A DNA stretch of 64,000 nucleotides from an uncultured Pelagibacteraceae bacterium (GTDB lineage: Bacteria; Pseudomonadota; Alphaproteobacteria; Pelagibacterales; Pelagibacteraceae): positions 25,762 through 89,761 of the forward strand of contig CACAZL010000002.1 in NCBI GenBank assembly GCA_902536925.1, read 5' to 3'. A program made the position numbers and the translations under genes. The stretch's first letter is position 1, and each line of letters opens with the position of its first letter. A model generated the notes under the pieces. That model made no database searches. It had not been told where the DNA came from and worked only from the letters and a program-made list of their open reading frames with translations. Positions 52,817-63,801 of the stretch are shown one piece after another.

Positions 52817-53505
52817 CCTTTTTGCAGAAGTTTTTCGTAAATCTCTTTATCTGTCAAATGTAGAAATTCAATATTACTTTCGAAACCATGCAAATTTTCC
52901 TTTTCAATGTAGTTGTCCCAAATCTCATTCATCGAAAATATTTTTTTTGATAAATTTTTAAATATATTTTTATTTATAATTTGACATCCCGTATAAATAT
53001 AATTTTTGTCATTATTTTTATTTAAATTATTACCAGCTAGAGAAAAATCGCCTTTAAATCTTTTATCAAAACTTAAATCTTTTTTTACAACCATTAAAAT
53101 ATTTTCTAAGTTATTTTTAAAATATATGTTTTCCATCTTCTTAATTTCATTTGCATATTCAGCATTCCAAATTGTATCAGGATTAAAAACTATAAAATCT
53201 GCTTCAACTGAATTATTTACTACATTTAAAAGACCGCCCCCTGTATCTAATATTTCTTTACCATCTTCTATAATTTGAATTTCTAAACCAAAATTATTTG
53301 AAAAAATGAAATCTTTTATTTTATCACTTAAATAGAAAGTATTAATTTTTAAGGATTTTATTTCTAATACTTTTATCAAGTTTATAGTATTTTCTAATAA
53401 GCTAATCTCATTAATTTTTAAGAGTGGTTTTGGTGTTTTCTCAGTTAATGGCATTAATCTTTTTCCAAATCCTGCACATAAAATTATTGCTGTTTTAATT
53501 TTCAT
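52813..53505 (-). CDS. murU: Nucleotidyltransferase, MurNAc-1-P uridylyltransferase-like
   Basis: AGFGKRLMPLT..TPKPL, LDTGGG; directly follows amgK-like kinase. Confidence 0.75.
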   Translation of the reverse strand: MKIKTAIILCAGFGKRLMPLTEKTPKPLLKINEISLLENTINLIKVLEIKSLKINTFYLSDKIKDFIFSNNFGLEIQIIEDGKEILDTGGGLLNVVNNSVEADFIVFNPDTIWNAEYANEIKKMENIYFKNNLENILMVVKKDLSFDKRFKGDFSLAGNNLNKNNDKNYIYTGCQIINKNIFKNLSKKIFSMNEIWDNYIEKENLHGFESNIEFLHLTDKEIYEKLLQKG

Positions 53506-54434
53506 ATTTTTTTTATTCTTGAGTTTTTTTGTAAAAAATTTTTTAAATCATGGAAATTTGGGTTATTTTTAATACGATTATCGATTAATTTCCACGCATA
53601 AGGTATTAATTTTAGATATTTTCTTTTTTTATCTCTTATTGCAAGTCTTGTGAATATACCAATTATTTTTAGATTTCTTAAAACAGATAAAATTTCAAAA
53701 TCATTAATAAATTGAGTCTCATTTTTATACTTAAATTTACTAAGAAATACTTTCAAAATATTTGACTTAAAACTATTTGAAGTTTTAATTCTTACATCAT
53801 CTATAAGTGAGGCCAAATCATATGCTGGATTACCCAAGACAGCATCTTGACTATCTATTAAAGCGATTTTATTTTTATAAAACATCATGTTTGAGACGTG
53901 AAAATCTCTATGTACAAACACTTTGTGTTTAATTTTTAAATTTAAATACAAATTATCTATTATTTTTTTGAGATTTTTTTTTAAATGTCCTTTTTGAATA
54001 ATTAATTTATTTGCTGCTAAGTACCAATCCAAAAAAAGGTATGACTCTTTAAGTATTTTAGCTTTTGAATAGTTTGATAAATTAAATTTTTTTTTAAGAA
54101 AATTTTGAGTTTTAAAATTTTTAATTTTTTGAATTTGATATAAAATTTTTAGTATTCTTTTGTATTCATTTAATTTAGCTTTCGAGGATTTAATTTTATC
54201 CAACATGTTTTTATTGCCGAAATCCTCAATTTCTATAAAATTTTTTTTATAATTTTGACTAATTAAACCTGGTGCTAATATTTTATTTTTAATCAATATT
54301 TTGTTAACTGCATCATAATTTAACAGGTTTGATCGCTTTTGAATTTTGCTATAAACTAATACTGAATTATTTGTTCTATAAAATTGTCTAAAAGATGCAT
54401 CTCCTGATAGTTTTTTAAATTTTTTCAAATTCAT
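53502..54434 (-). CDS. amgK: Anomeric MurNAc/GlcNAc kinase (APH fold)
   Basis: GDASFRQFYR, IEDFG, HRDFH..N, IDSQDA..G..AYDLASL, RNLKIIGIFTRL; ATG 54434. Confidence 0.82.
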   Translation of the reverse strand: MNLKKFKKLSGDASFRQFYRTNNSVLVYSKIQKRSNLLNYDAVNKILIKNKILAPGLISQNYKKNFIEIEDFGNKNMLDKIKSSKAKLNEYKRILKILYQIQKIKNFKTQNFLKKKFNLSNYSKAKILKESYLFLDWYLAANKLIIQKGHLKKNLKKIIDNLYLNLKIKHKVFVHRDFHVSNMMFYKNKIALIDSQDAVLGNPAYDLASLIDDVRIKTSNSFKSNILKVFLSKFKYKNETQFINDFEILSVLRNLKIIGIFTRLAIRDKKRKYLKLIPYAWKLIDNRIKNNPNFHDLKNFLQKNSRIKKI

Positions 54435-54897
54435 TAAAATTAAAATCAATATTATTAGATATAATTAAGTACCTATTTTCAAGCTTTTCGTCATATTCAA
54501 ATTTTAATGTAAAATTACTTTCTATATTTTGACCCAAGATTTCAGGCCATTCAATTAATCTAGCGTAATCTTCTGAGTTTTCATTAATTCCTAAGTTATT
54601 TAATTCTTTTTTATCTTTAATTCTATAAAGATCAAAATGTCTAACAATCAAAGAATTAATCTCATATTCATTTATAATATTAAAAGTTGGACTAGGTATT
54701 TCTGTTTTTTCTAAACCATTTTTTGTTTGAAGATAATTAATTAGATACCTAATAAATGTAGTCTTACCAACTCCAATGTTTCCATAAAAAAGCAAAGTTG
54801 TATTTTTGCTAACTTTACTTGCAATTTTTTCAGCAATTTTTTGTGTGATAATTTCTTTTGAAATATCTATTTTGCTACTTTTAGTAGCGATAGGCAT
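54415..54897 (-). CDS. tsaE: t6A biosynthesis ATPase
   Basis: [24 protein letters not shown]. Confidence 0.92.
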   Translation of the reverse strand: MPIATKSSKIDISKEIITQKIAEKIASKVSKNTTLLFYGNIGVGKTTFIRYLINYLQTKNGLEKTEIPSPTFNIINEYEINSLIVRHFDLYRIKDKKELNNLGINENSEDYARLIEWPEILGQNIESNFTLKFEYDEKLENRYLIISNNIDFNFNEFEKI

Positions 54898-56167
54898 CTG
54901 GTTTATAAGGTCCTTCTGGTGTTACACTTATATATTTTGCTTGATCATCTGATAATTTGGTTAATTTAGCTCCAACTTTTTCTAAATGAAGTCTGGCTAC
55001 TTTCTCATCTAAATGTTTAGGTAAAACATATACTTTTTTCTCATATTTATCTGAGTTATTCCATAATTCTATCTGAGCTGTTACTTGATTTGTAAAAGAA
55101 GCACTCATTACAAAACTTGGGTGTCCTGTTGCACATCCAAGATTAACCAATCTACCTTCTGCTAATAAAATAATTCTTTTTCCATCCGGCAATGTAATTT
55201 CGTGAACTTGTGGTTTTATTTCATCCCATTTATAATTTTTAAGAGCATCTACTTGGATCTCATTATCAAAGTGACCAATATTGCATAGAATTGCTCTATC
55301 TTTCATTTCTCTCATATGGTCAGCTGTCACAATATCTTTATTTCCTGTTGCCGTAACAACAATGTCGGCTTCTTTTATCATCTCATCCATTAAAACTACT
55401 TCATAACCTTCCATTGCAGCTTGGAGAGCACAAATTGGGTCTGTTTCTGTAACCATAACTCTTGCACCGCTTTGACGAAGAGAAGCAGCGCTTCCCTTTC
55501 CAACATCTCCAAATCCAGCTACAATAGCTACCTTGCCTGACATCATGACGTCAGTAGCTCTTTTAATTCCATCAACTAAACTTTCTCTGCAACCATATAA
55601 ATTGTCGAACTTAGATTTTGTTACTGAGTCATTAACATTTATTGCTGGGACAAGTAAATTGCCTTCACTTTCCATTTTTTTTAATGCTAAAACTCCTGTA
55701 GTTGTCTCTTCTGATAAACCTTTAACATCATTTAATAATTCTTTATAATCTTTGTGCATCAATGCTGTAAGATCGCCACCATCATCAAGTATCATATTTG
55801 GTTTCCAGCCATCTTTTCCTTCAATAGTTTGCTTTACACACCACCAATATTCTTCTTCTGTTTCGCCTTTCCAAGCAAATACAGGAATGCCAGCTTTTGC
55901 AATTGCTGCTGCCGCATGGTCTTGTGTCGAAAAAATATTACATGAAGACCATCTTACTTCGGCTCCTAACTCAACTAAAGTTTCTATTAAGACAGCTGTT
56001 TGTATTGTCATGTGTAAACAACCAACAATCCGAGCTCCATTTAAAGGTTTTTTACCCTTATACTCTTCTCTAAGAGCCATTAATCCTGGCATTTCAGTTT
56101 CAGCGAGTGAAATTTCTTTTCTTCCAAATTCTGCTTGGGATATATCTTTTACTTTAAAATCTTCCAT
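54881..56167 (-). CDS. ahcY: Adenosylhomocysteinase
   Basis: [43 protein letters not shown]. Confidence 0.98.
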   Translation of the reverse strand: MEDFKVKDISQAEFGRKEISLAETEMPGLMALREEYKGKKPLNGARIVGCLHMTIQTAVLIETLVELGAEVRWSSCNIFSTQDHAAAAIAKAGIPVFAWKGETEEEYWWCVKQTIEGKDGWKPNMILDDGGDLTALMHKDYKELLNDVKGLSEETTTGVLALKKMESEGNLLVPAINVNDSVTKSKFDNLYGCRESLVDGIKRATDVMMSGKVAIVAGFGDVGKGSAASLRQSGARVMVTETDPICALQAAMEGYEVVLMDEMIKEADIVVTATGNKDIVTADHMREMKDRAILCNIGHFDNEIQVDALKNYKWDEIKPQVHEITLPDGKRIILLAEGRLVNLGCATGHPSFVMSASFTNQVTAQIELWNNSDKYEKKVYVLPKHLDEKVARLHLEKVGAKLTKLSDDQAKYISVTPEGPYKPDAYRY

Positions 56168-56211
56168 AGAAAGAGGCTTTTAACAATTTTACTTAATATA
56201 TCAACAAAGAT

Positions 56212-57744
56212 TTATGCTTCTGGGAAAATTATTTCAATTCTTGCCCCTTTATCTTTATTATTAGATGCGTTGATTTCACCACCATGAATTTCAACTAAAT
56301 TTTTGACAATATTTAATCCTAAACCCGAATGTTCTCCAAAGTTTCCAGGTCTATTACTATAAAATCTATTAAATATCTTATTTGTATCCTTTTCACTAAA
56401 TCCAGATCCCTGATCAACGACAACTAATTTAATTTTATCATTTTTATCTTTTGATATTTCAACGGTAATTTCTTGATTATTTTCACTAAAAGAAATTGAG
56501 TTTTCTAATAAGTTTGCAATAATTTGTTCAATTCTATTTTCTATCCCTAAGATACTATAATTTTTAATTCCATTAGATTTCAATTTAACTCCAATCGATT
56601 TTTTTGTTTCATAGATACTGTTAAAATCGTCAACAACAGATTGAGCAATCTCTTTTAAATTTAATTTTTGCATTTTCTCAGAGGAAATTGCAGCCTCATC
56701 TCTTAGCATTTGAGAGTAATCAGTTATTAATCTTTCAATTCTCTCTACGTCATGTGATACTATATTAATTAATTTGTTTCTTTGAGATTTATCATTTGTT
56801 TCAGAAATTATCTCAGAGGCACTTTTTAGAGATGCTAAAGGATTTCTGATTTCATGCAAAAGATCTGTTGAATAATTTTCTGCTGTAGTAATTCTTTTGT
56901 TTAATTCATTAGTCATTTCATCAAGAGAATTTGACAATTTTCCCAATTCGTCATTTCTTTTTTTTATATTTCCAATATTGGTCTTTTCCTTACTTTTGTT
57001 TTTTATAATATTTGTATATTGAACCAAATTTTTAATTGGTTTTAAGAAGTATCTATTTAATACATATGAAAAAATTAAAATTACTAATGCGACAAGCAAA
57101 GCAGTTCTGATTATAAAATTTCTTCTTTCATCTATTGCAACCTTTATTTCATTGGCATTTTCAGTAATAGCTAAATAGCCTATTGTTTTATTTTCACTAA
57201 CTACATTTTTAACAGTTACTAATAAAAATTGATCATAGTTTTCTTTAGAGTAAGTTAACGGTTTTCCATAATCTGATGAATATGAGTACTTTTTTAAATC
57301 TTCAAATATTTCTTTACTTTCAAAGCTTTTATTACTCTCTTCCAAATTCTTATTTTGAATACTTTGATTATTTAAATCACTCATTTCAATTATGTTTAGA
57401 CTTCTTGAGAAAGCATTTGGATCTAAGTCTAATGTATCGGTATCTCCTAATAGATTAAATTCACTATCAAATATCTGTACTCGATCTATACTTTGAAATA
57501 AAAATTTAGTGGAAAAAAGAAACTCTCTAATATCTTCAGATGAGAAATTTATTTTTAAACGATCAATATTTTCTGTTGTATTATCAATAATTTTTATGTG
57601 CGAGGCAGTTTTATTTTTAATGAGCGTAGGTTTTACTGTGTTAAGGTAAAATAATGTTAATACACCTATCACTAAAAAAACAATAAAGTTGATAACTAAG
57701 AATTTTTTTAAAATAGATTGATTATTAGATTTTGAAGTAGCCAT
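56212..57744 (-). CDS. chvG: Sensor histidine kinase ChvG
   Basis: 2 TM, HAMP (RNDELG), HEIRNPLASL.SA, NL.ENS.SFS, HSGLGL; paired with chvI. Confidence 0.85.
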   Translation of the reverse strand: MATSKSNNQSILKKFLVINFIVFLVIGVLTLFYLNTVKPTLIKNKTASHIKIIDNTTENIDRLKINFSSEDIREFLFSTKFLFQSIDRVQIFDSEFNLLGDTDTLDLDPNAFSRSLNIIEMSDLNNQSIQNKNLEESNKSFESKEIFEDLKKYSYSSDYGKPLTYSKENYDQFLLVTVKNVVSENKTIGYLAITENANEIKVAIDERRNFIIRTALLVALVILIFSYVLNRYFLKPIKNLVQYTNIIKNKSKEKTNIGNIKKRNDELGKLSNSLDEMTNELNKRITTAENYSTDLLHEIRNPLASLKSASEIISETNDKSQRNKLINIVSHDVERIERLITDYSQMLRDEAAISSEKMQKLNLKEIAQSVVDDFNSIYETKKSIGVKLKSNGIKNYSILGIENRIEQIIANLLENSISFSENNQEITVEISKDKNDKIKLVVVDQGSGFSEKDTNKIFNRFYSNRPGNFGEHSGLGLNIVKNLVEIHGGEINASNNKDKGARIEIIFPEA

Positions 57745-58442
57745 TATTTAACATTCCAACGATAACCACTACCATACCTGGTTTCTATCGCTGAAAAGTT
57801 ATTATCTACTTTTTTAAACTTTTTTCTAATCCTTTTTACGTGACTATCTATTGTTCTATCTTCAATATCTGTGTCTTCTCTGTAAGCAACATCCATTAAT
57901 TGAGATCTTTCTTTAATAATTCCAGGTCTTTTTGCTAATTCCTTTACAATTAAGAATTCTGTTGTTGTTAATTTATCTGGTAATTGCTTACCGTCCCATT
58001 CACACTCTAGCTGTGAAGGGTCAAGTTTTAATTTTCCATGTGAAATTATATTTCTATTATCCTCTAAATTATTATCTTTTTTTCTAAGTTGGACACGAAT
58101 TCTTTCAATAAGAACTTTAGTTGAAAAGCCACCTGATTTTTTTACAAAATCATCAGCCCCTAGTTTTAGTCCTAAGAGCTCATCCACCTCTTCATCTTTT
58201 GAAGTTAAAAAGATAACGGGCATAGATGTTTTTTTTCTCAATTTTTTTAACAATTCTTCTCCATCCATTCTTGGCATTTTAATATCTATAACTGCAAGGT
58301 CAGGGGGATTTCTTGACAAACCTATTAAAGCACTTTCTCCATCCAAATAAGTTTGAATATTAAAACCCTCTTTCTCTAGAGCAATACTTAAACTAGTTAA
58401 TATATTTCTATCGTCATCAACAAGGGCAATTGTTTGTTTCAT
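57744..58442 (-). CDS. chvI: Response regulator ChvI (OmpR family)
   Basis: IALVDDDRNILTS, DIKMPRMDG, FLTSKD, DRTIDSHVKR.RKKF, IETRYG. Confidence 0.92.
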   Translation of the reverse strand: MKQTIALVDDDRNILTSLSIALEKEGFNIQTYLDGESALIGLSRNPPDLAVIDIKMPRMDGEELLKKLRKKTSMPVIFLTSKDEEVDELLGLKLGADDFVKKSGGFSTKVLIERIRVQLRKKDNNLEDNRNIISHGKLKLDPSQLECEWDGKQLPDKLTTTEFLIVKELAKRPGIIKERSQLMDVAYREDTDIEDRTIDSHVKRIRKKFKKVDNNFSAIETRYGSGYRWNVK

Positions 58443-58493
58443 GTTTAACTATAAAAATACTAAAATGTTTAAAATTGGGCAATTAAATGTTTA

Positions 58494-61259
58494 TTAATGA
58501 AGCTCTCCCCAGTTGTCACCTATGTTTACATCTACTGATAATGGTATTGAAAATGAATGCAAATCACTATCTTTCACACTTGTCATAATATCTTTAATCT
58601 TTTTAGAAGCAGATTTAGTACCATTATCAATTACCTCAAAAATCAATTCATCGTGAATTTGAAGCAACATATTAAATTCATTTGTTTTTTTAGTATCAAG
58701 CTCATCGTTGATTCTAATCATAGCAAGTCGCATTATTTCTGATGCAGATCCTTGGATAGGTGCATTTATAGCTGCCCTTTCTTGAAAATTTCTAACATTA
58801 AAATTTTTGTCATTGATTCCTGGAATATGAGTTTTTCGACCAAAAATATTTCTTACATATCCACTTTTTCTACAGAATTTAATTGTGTTATTCATGTATT
58901 CTTTAATTTCTGGAAATTTAATAAAATATGAATTTAGAAATTCTTCGGCTTCATTGTTTGATACACCGATTTGTTTGGCCAAACCATATTGAGATATTCC
59001 GTAAATTATTCCAAAATTAATAGCTTTCGCTTTTCTCCTCATATCAGCATCAATTTTTTTTATGTCTTTACCGAAAACCTGGCTAGCAGTTAATGAGTGA
59101 ATATCCTCGTTATTTTTGAAAGCTTTTTTAAGTTCCTTTACATCAGCTAGATCAGCCAAAATTCTCATTTCGATCTGATTATAGTCTGCTGATATAAGTT
59201 TTTTATTTTTTTCTGATATAAAGGCTTTACGAATATCTTTGCCCTCCTCAGTTTTAATAGGAATATTTTGTAAATTTGGATCACTAGATGCAAGTCTACC
59301 TGTTGTAGTTGCGGCTAACAGAAAAGATGTATGCACTCTTTTTGTATTGGGATTTAAATGCTCTGGCAAAGAATCTGAATATGTATTTTTCAATTTACTA
59401 GATTGCCTCCATTCTAAAACCAATTTAGGAAATTCATTCCCTTTGTAAGCTAAATCCTCTAGAACTGCTGCACCAGTTGCAAAACTCCCTTTTTTAGTCT
59501 TTTTTAGCGATGCAATTTTAAGGTCATTATACATTATTTCACCCAACTGTTTAGTCGATGCAATATTAAATTTTTTTTTTGAAATTTTAAAAATTTGTTT
59601 TTCTAAATCTTGAAGTTTTTTTTCAAACTTAACAGATAATTTTTTAAGAAAATTATTATCCAATTTTATGCCATTGATTTCCATTGATGCTAAAATTTTA
59701 ATTAAAGGTTTTTCGAAAATTTCATAAATATTTAGTAATTTTTCTGATTTAAGCGATTTCAAAAATATTTTATATAAACGGAAAGTTATATCAGCATCTT
59801 CTGCCGCATAATCTTTTGCAATATTTAACTCTACTTGACTGAATTTAATTTCTTTTTTTCCAGATCCAACAAGATCTTTATATTTAATTGTTTTGTGACC
59901 AAGATGAATATCTGAAAGGGTATCCATATTATGTCTATTTTTCCCAGCATCTAAAACGTAAGACATCAACATTGTATCTTCCATGCTTTGAATATCTATA
60001 TCCCTTTTACGAAATATTATGTAATCGAATTTAATATTTTGTCCAATTTTTTTTAAACTTTTATCCTCTAAATATGGTTTTAAAATTCTCAAAACATCTT
60101 TTTCATTTAGATTATTTTTATCAATATGACCTGTTGGAATGTAACAAGCTTTACCTATTTTGCTAGAAATTGAGATACCAACTAAATTTGCCTGATGTGG
60201 ATCAAGAGAATCTGTTTCAGTATCAATAGAAAATTCACCAGCTTCTTCGGCTTCTTGCATCCAACCTTTTATTTCAGATAAATTTTTTATCAAAACATAT
60301 TTATCTTTTGATATTTTAGATGTTTCTTTTTTGACTTCTATTTCATCAGTAAATTTGGATTGACCATACGTCGAAATTGCCGAACTCAATAACCTATTAA
60401 ATTCCATTTCTCTCAAAAAATTGTATAACTTATCTACGTCTACTTTTTTTAGAACAAAGTCAGTTAATTTGTCTTTCACCGGAACATCATTTTTTAATGT
60501 GACCAGTTTTTTACTTACCAGAGCCTTATCTTTATTTTCTAAAAGTGTTTCTCTTCTTTTATTCTGTTTTATTTTATTTGCGTTTTTTAGAAGGTTTTCT
60601 AAATTTCCATATTCCTTAATTAATTCTGCTGCTGTTTTTACACCAATACCTGGAACGCCAGGTACATTGTCTGTACTATCCCCTGCTAGTGATTGAACAT
60701 CAATTACTTTATCCGGACCAACCCCAAATTTATTGATTACATCGTCATTAGATATAAATTTATTCTTCATTGGATCGTATATACGAACCTTTTTTTTGAA
60801 AAGTTGCATTAAATCTTTGTCAGATGATACAATTGTAACCTTTGCACCTTCGTCTAATATTTGCTCTACATAGGTGGCTATCAAATCATCAGCCTCGTAA
60901 TTTAACATTTCTATAGAAGGTAAATTGAATGCTAATACTGACTTTCTAATATAATCGAATTGTGGAATTAGATCATCAGGAGCATCAGACCTATTTCCTT
61001 TATAATCTGAATATATTTCGTTTCGAAAATTCTTTCTTGCAGAGTCAAAGATTACTGCAAAATGAGTTGGTTTTTCTAAATTTTCGCTAGATTTAGAGTC
61101 CTCTAATAATTTAAACAGCATGTTACAAAATCCACTTACTGCTCCTACTGGCAAACCGTCACTTTTCCGTGTTAATGGTGGCAATGCATAATAGGCTCTA
61201 AATATGTATCCTGACCCATCAACAAGATAGAAATGATCTGTTTTTTTAATTTTACCCAT
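58494..61259 (-). CDS. polA: DNA polymerase I
   Basis: VDGSGYIFRAYY, GDSTDNVPGV, DTET exonuclease, TGRLASSDPNLQNIP, KAINFGIIYG, QIHDEL. Confidence 0.98.
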   Translation of the reverse strand: MGKIKKTDHFYLVDGSGYIFRAYYALPPLTRKSDGLPVGAVSGFCNMLFKLLEDSKSSENLEKPTHFAVIFDSARKNFRNEIYSDYKGNRSDAPDDLIPQFDYIRKSVLAFNLPSIEMLNYEADDLIATYVEQILDEGAKVTIVSSDKDLMQLFKKKVRIYDPMKNKFISNDDVINKFGVGPDKVIDVQSLAGDSTDNVPGVPGIGVKTAAELIKEYGNLENLLKNANKIKQNKRRETLLENKDKALVSKKLVTLKNDVPVKDKLTDFVLKKVDVDKLYNFLREMEFNRLLSSAISTYGQSKFTDEIEVKKETSKISKDKYVLIKNLSEIKGWMQEAEEAGEFSIDTETDSLDPHQANLVGISISSKIGKACYIPTGHIDKNNLNEKDVLRILKPYLEDKSLKKIGQNIKFDYIIFRKRDIDIQSMEDTMLMSYVLDAGKNRHNMDTLSDIHLGHKTIKYKDLVGSGKKEIKFSQVELNIAKDYAAEDADITFRLYKIFLKSLKSEKLLNIYEIFEKPLIKILASMEINGIKLDNNFLKKLSVKFEKKLQDLEKQIFKISKKKFNIASTKQLGEIMYNDLKIASLKKTKKGSFATGAAVLEDLAYKGNEFPKLVLEWRQSSKLKNTYSDSLPEHLNPNTKRVHTSFLLAATTTGRLASSDPNLQNIPIKTEEGKDIRKAFISEKNKKLISADYNQIEMRILADLADVKELKKAFKNNEDIHSLTASQVFGKDIKKIDADMRRKAKAINFGIIYGISQYGLAKQIGVSNNEAEEFLNSYFIKFPEIKEYMNNTIKFCRKSGYVRNIFGRKTHIPGINDKNFNVRNFQERAAINAPIQGSASEIMRLAMIRINDELDTKKTNEFNMLLQIHDELIFEVIDNGTKSASKKIKDIMTSVKDSDLHSFSIPLSVDVNIGDNWGELH

Positions 61260-61359
61260 AATTTAATTTATAATAAAATGACGCATTATAGTAAGAATAA
61301 AACATCCTGTTAATAAATATTAGTGGATTAAACTTTATTAAAATAGTAATTTAAAGCTA

Positions 61360-61911
61360 ATGGAATTAGTAAATTCAATTTCTAATAATAAAATAATTAA
61401 AATCTTAATATTTGCATTAATAGGTTCTATTTTATTAACAATATCTGCAAAAATTAAAATACCTTTTTATCCAGTTCCTATGACTATGCAAACATTTATA
61501 GTTTTGTTTTTAGGAATTTCCTTTGGATATAAAGTTGGAGTACTTTCGGTAGTTTTTTATTTGATAGAAGGAATTATGGGATTGCCGGTATTTTCTAACT
61601 CACCAGAGAAAGGAATAGGATTAGCTTATTTTGTTGGTCCCACAATGGGATATTTAATAGGTTTTATATTTGCATGTCTAATAGCAGGCATATTTACATA
61701 CGATAAAAACCATATACTAAATTTTTTAAAAATTATAATTGCAACATCAGTAATATATATTTTGGGTATTTTGTGGCTTGGAAATTTAATCGGTTGGGAT
61801 AAACCAATATTAGAATTTGGTGTTTACCCATTTCTTTATGCTGAATTATTTAAGATATTATTACTAACAGCTTTAGTTAATAAAATTATTAAACTTAGAA
61901 AATATATTTAG
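61360..61911 (+). CDS. bioY: Biotin transporter S-component
   Basis: PVPMTMQT, GLPVFS, GPTMGYLIGF. Confidence 0.92.
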   Translation: MELVNSISNNKIIKILIFALIGSILLTISAKIKIPFYPVPMTMQTFIVLFLGISFGYKVGVLSVVFYLIEGIMGLPVFSNSPEKGIGLAYFVGPTMGYLIGFIFACLIAGIFTYDKNHILNFLKIIIATSVIYILGILWLGNLIGWDKPILEFGVYPFLYAELFKILLLTALVNKIIKLRKYI

Positions 61912-61913
61912 AA

Positions 61914-62477
61914 TTACCTTGGAGATCTTTTTGATAGAATTCTTTGAAGTGTTCTTCGATGCATTTTAAGTCTTCTTGCAGTCTCAGATACATTTCTGTT
62001 ACATAATTCGAAAACTCTGTGAATATGTTCCCATTTAACTCTATCAGCGGACATTGGATTTTCTGGTGGAGCAGCTTTTTTATTTGGATCAGCTAGAAGT
62101 GCTTTTTCTACGTCATCTGCATCTGCTGGTTTAGCTAGATAATCAATTGCACCCTCTTTAATGGCTGCAACTGCAGTTGGTATATTTCCATAACCAGTAA
62201 GCATCACTATTCTACTCTCTGAGTTATTTTTCTGGATTTCTTTTACAACTTCTAGTCCGTTTCCATCATTTAGTCTCAAATCAACAACTGCGAAAGCAGG
62301 TTTTTTTGATTTCACAGACTCTATTCCAATTTTTACACCCTCTGCTTGTGAAACAGAAAAGCCCTTTTTCTCCATTGCTCGAGCTAGTCTTTCTCTAAAA
62401 GGGTTGTCATCATCTACTATAAGTAGAGATTTATCCTCAAATTCTGTTATTTTTTTTAATACTTCTGCATCTGGCAT
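61914..62477 (-). CDS. regA: Redox response regulator RegA/PrrA/ActR
   Basis: VVDLRL.DGNGL, LTGYGNIPTAVAA, WEHIHRV...NVSETARRL.MHRRTLQRIL.KRSPR. Confidence 0.95.
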   Translation of the reverse strand: MPDAEVLKKITEFEDKSLLIVDDDNPFRERLARAMEKKGFSVSQAEGVKIGIESVKSKKPAFAVVDLRLNDGNGLEVVKEIQKNNSESRIVMLTGYGNIPTAVAAIKEGAIDYLAKPADADDVEKALLADPNKKAAPPENPMSADRVKWEHIHRVFELCNRNVSETARRLKMHRRTLQRILSKRSPR

Positions 62478-62551
62478 GGGCCTTATATGGAAACATTCTA
62501 AATTATTTCAAGGGTACATTTTTACTTTACATTGGCTCATTTTCAGCATAA

Positions 62552-62622
62552 ATGCTCGTTTTATATAAACTTGCATAGCAGTTATGCCGGTTTTTTTTGT
62601 TAAATTTTTTTTGGAGCTTTAA
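62552..62622 (+). promoter_or_regulatory. Candidate structured leader of ornithine decarboxylase
   Basis: Stem AAACT-T-GCATA/TATGC-C-GGTTT followed by a T run; two short uORFs; SD GGAG at 62613. Confidence 0.35.
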
Positions 62623-63801
62623 ATGCAAAAATTTAAATCAGTTGATAAATTGGTAAATCAACTGAAACCAACAGAACCTGTTTATTGTATTAGAAGAGAT
62701 TCTATAAACATAGCTTCTGAATTTTTTCAGAATAAATTTCCTGGTAAAATCCTATATGCAGTTAAAACTAACCCGCATCCATTAGTATTAAAAACTATCG
62801 TGGAAAGCGGAATTAATGATTTTGATATCGCTTCAATTAAAGAAGTTGAGGCAATTAGAAGTGTTAGCCCAGATGCAAAATGCTCCTACATGCATACTGT
62901 AAAAAGCAAGGAAAGTATAAGCGAGGCATATTTCAAATATAATATTAAGACTTTTTCAATAGATACAAAAGATGAATTAATAAAAATTCTTAATAGTACT
63001 GATCAAGCTAAAGATTTAGAGTTATTTGTAAGAGTTGCAGTTTCTAATGAACACGCAGAAATAGATTTATCTAAAAAATTTGGCGCACAAACTTCTGAAG
63101 CAATAGGGCTTTATAGATTAACAAAACAGTATGCAAAAAAAATAGGATTAAGTTTTCATGTGGGTTCGCAATGTATGCATCCAATATCATATTCAAAAGG
63201 GATTAATGAAATTAAATATATAATAAAAAAAACGAAAATAGTTCCAGATGTTATAAATATAGGTGGAGGATTTCCAACAATCTATCCTGACTTGGTTCCT
63301 CAATCATTAGACTCTTATTTTGAGGAAATAAAAAATTCATTAAATAAATTAAAATTAGAAAAAAAACCAGAAATTATATGTGAGCCAGGTCGAGCAATTG
63401 TTGCAGAAAGTGGTTCGACAATTGTGAGAGTAAACTTGAGAAAAAAACAAAAGCTATATATTAATGATGGAACATACGGAACTTTATTTGATGCTGGAGT
63501 GCCTAATATAGTTTATCCATCAAGGATAATTACAAGTGGAAGAATTATATCAAAAAAATTGACTTCATTTGATTTTTATGGACCAACATGTGATAGCATG
63601 GATTATATGAAGGGACCTTTCATTCTACCTAATAATATTAAAGAGGGTGATTACATTGAACTAGGTCAATTGGGAGCATACGGTTTGACATTTAGAACTC
63701 AATTTAATGGATATTATTCTGATAGTATTTATGAAGTTTGTGATGATCCAATTATGACGATGTATGACAAAGAAACAAATAAAGAGTTTCTTGTTGCATA
63801 A
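62623..63801 (+). CDS. Ornithine (lysine) decarboxylase, fold-type III PLP enzyme
   Basis: YAVKTN PLP Lys, KFGA, SFHVGSQ, GGGF, EPGR, GPTCDS.D, GAY. Confidence 0.9.
   Translation: MQKFKSVDKLVNQLKPTEPVYCIRRDSINIASEFFQNKFPGKILYAVKTNPHPLVLKTIVESGINDFDIASIKEVEAIRSVSPDAKCSYMHTVKSKESISEAYFKYNIKTFSIDTKDELIKILNSTDQAKDLELFVRVAVSNEHAEIDLSKKFGAQTSEAIGLYRLTKQYAKKIGLSFHVGSQCMHPISYSKGINEIKYIIKKTKIVPDVINIGGGFPTIYPDLVPQSLDSYFEEIKNSLNKLKLEKKPEIICEPGRAIVAESGSTIVRVNLRKKQKLYINDGTYGTLFDAGVPNIVYPSRIITSGRIISKKLTSFDFYGPTCDSMDYMKGPFILPNNIKEGDYIELGQLGAYGLTFRTQFNGYYSDSIYEVCDDPIMTMYDKETNKEFLVA

Noticed and set aside
56168-56211. Possible SAH/SAM riboswitch before ahcY
   Set aside because: Only 44 nt, mostly promoter-like, with no stems
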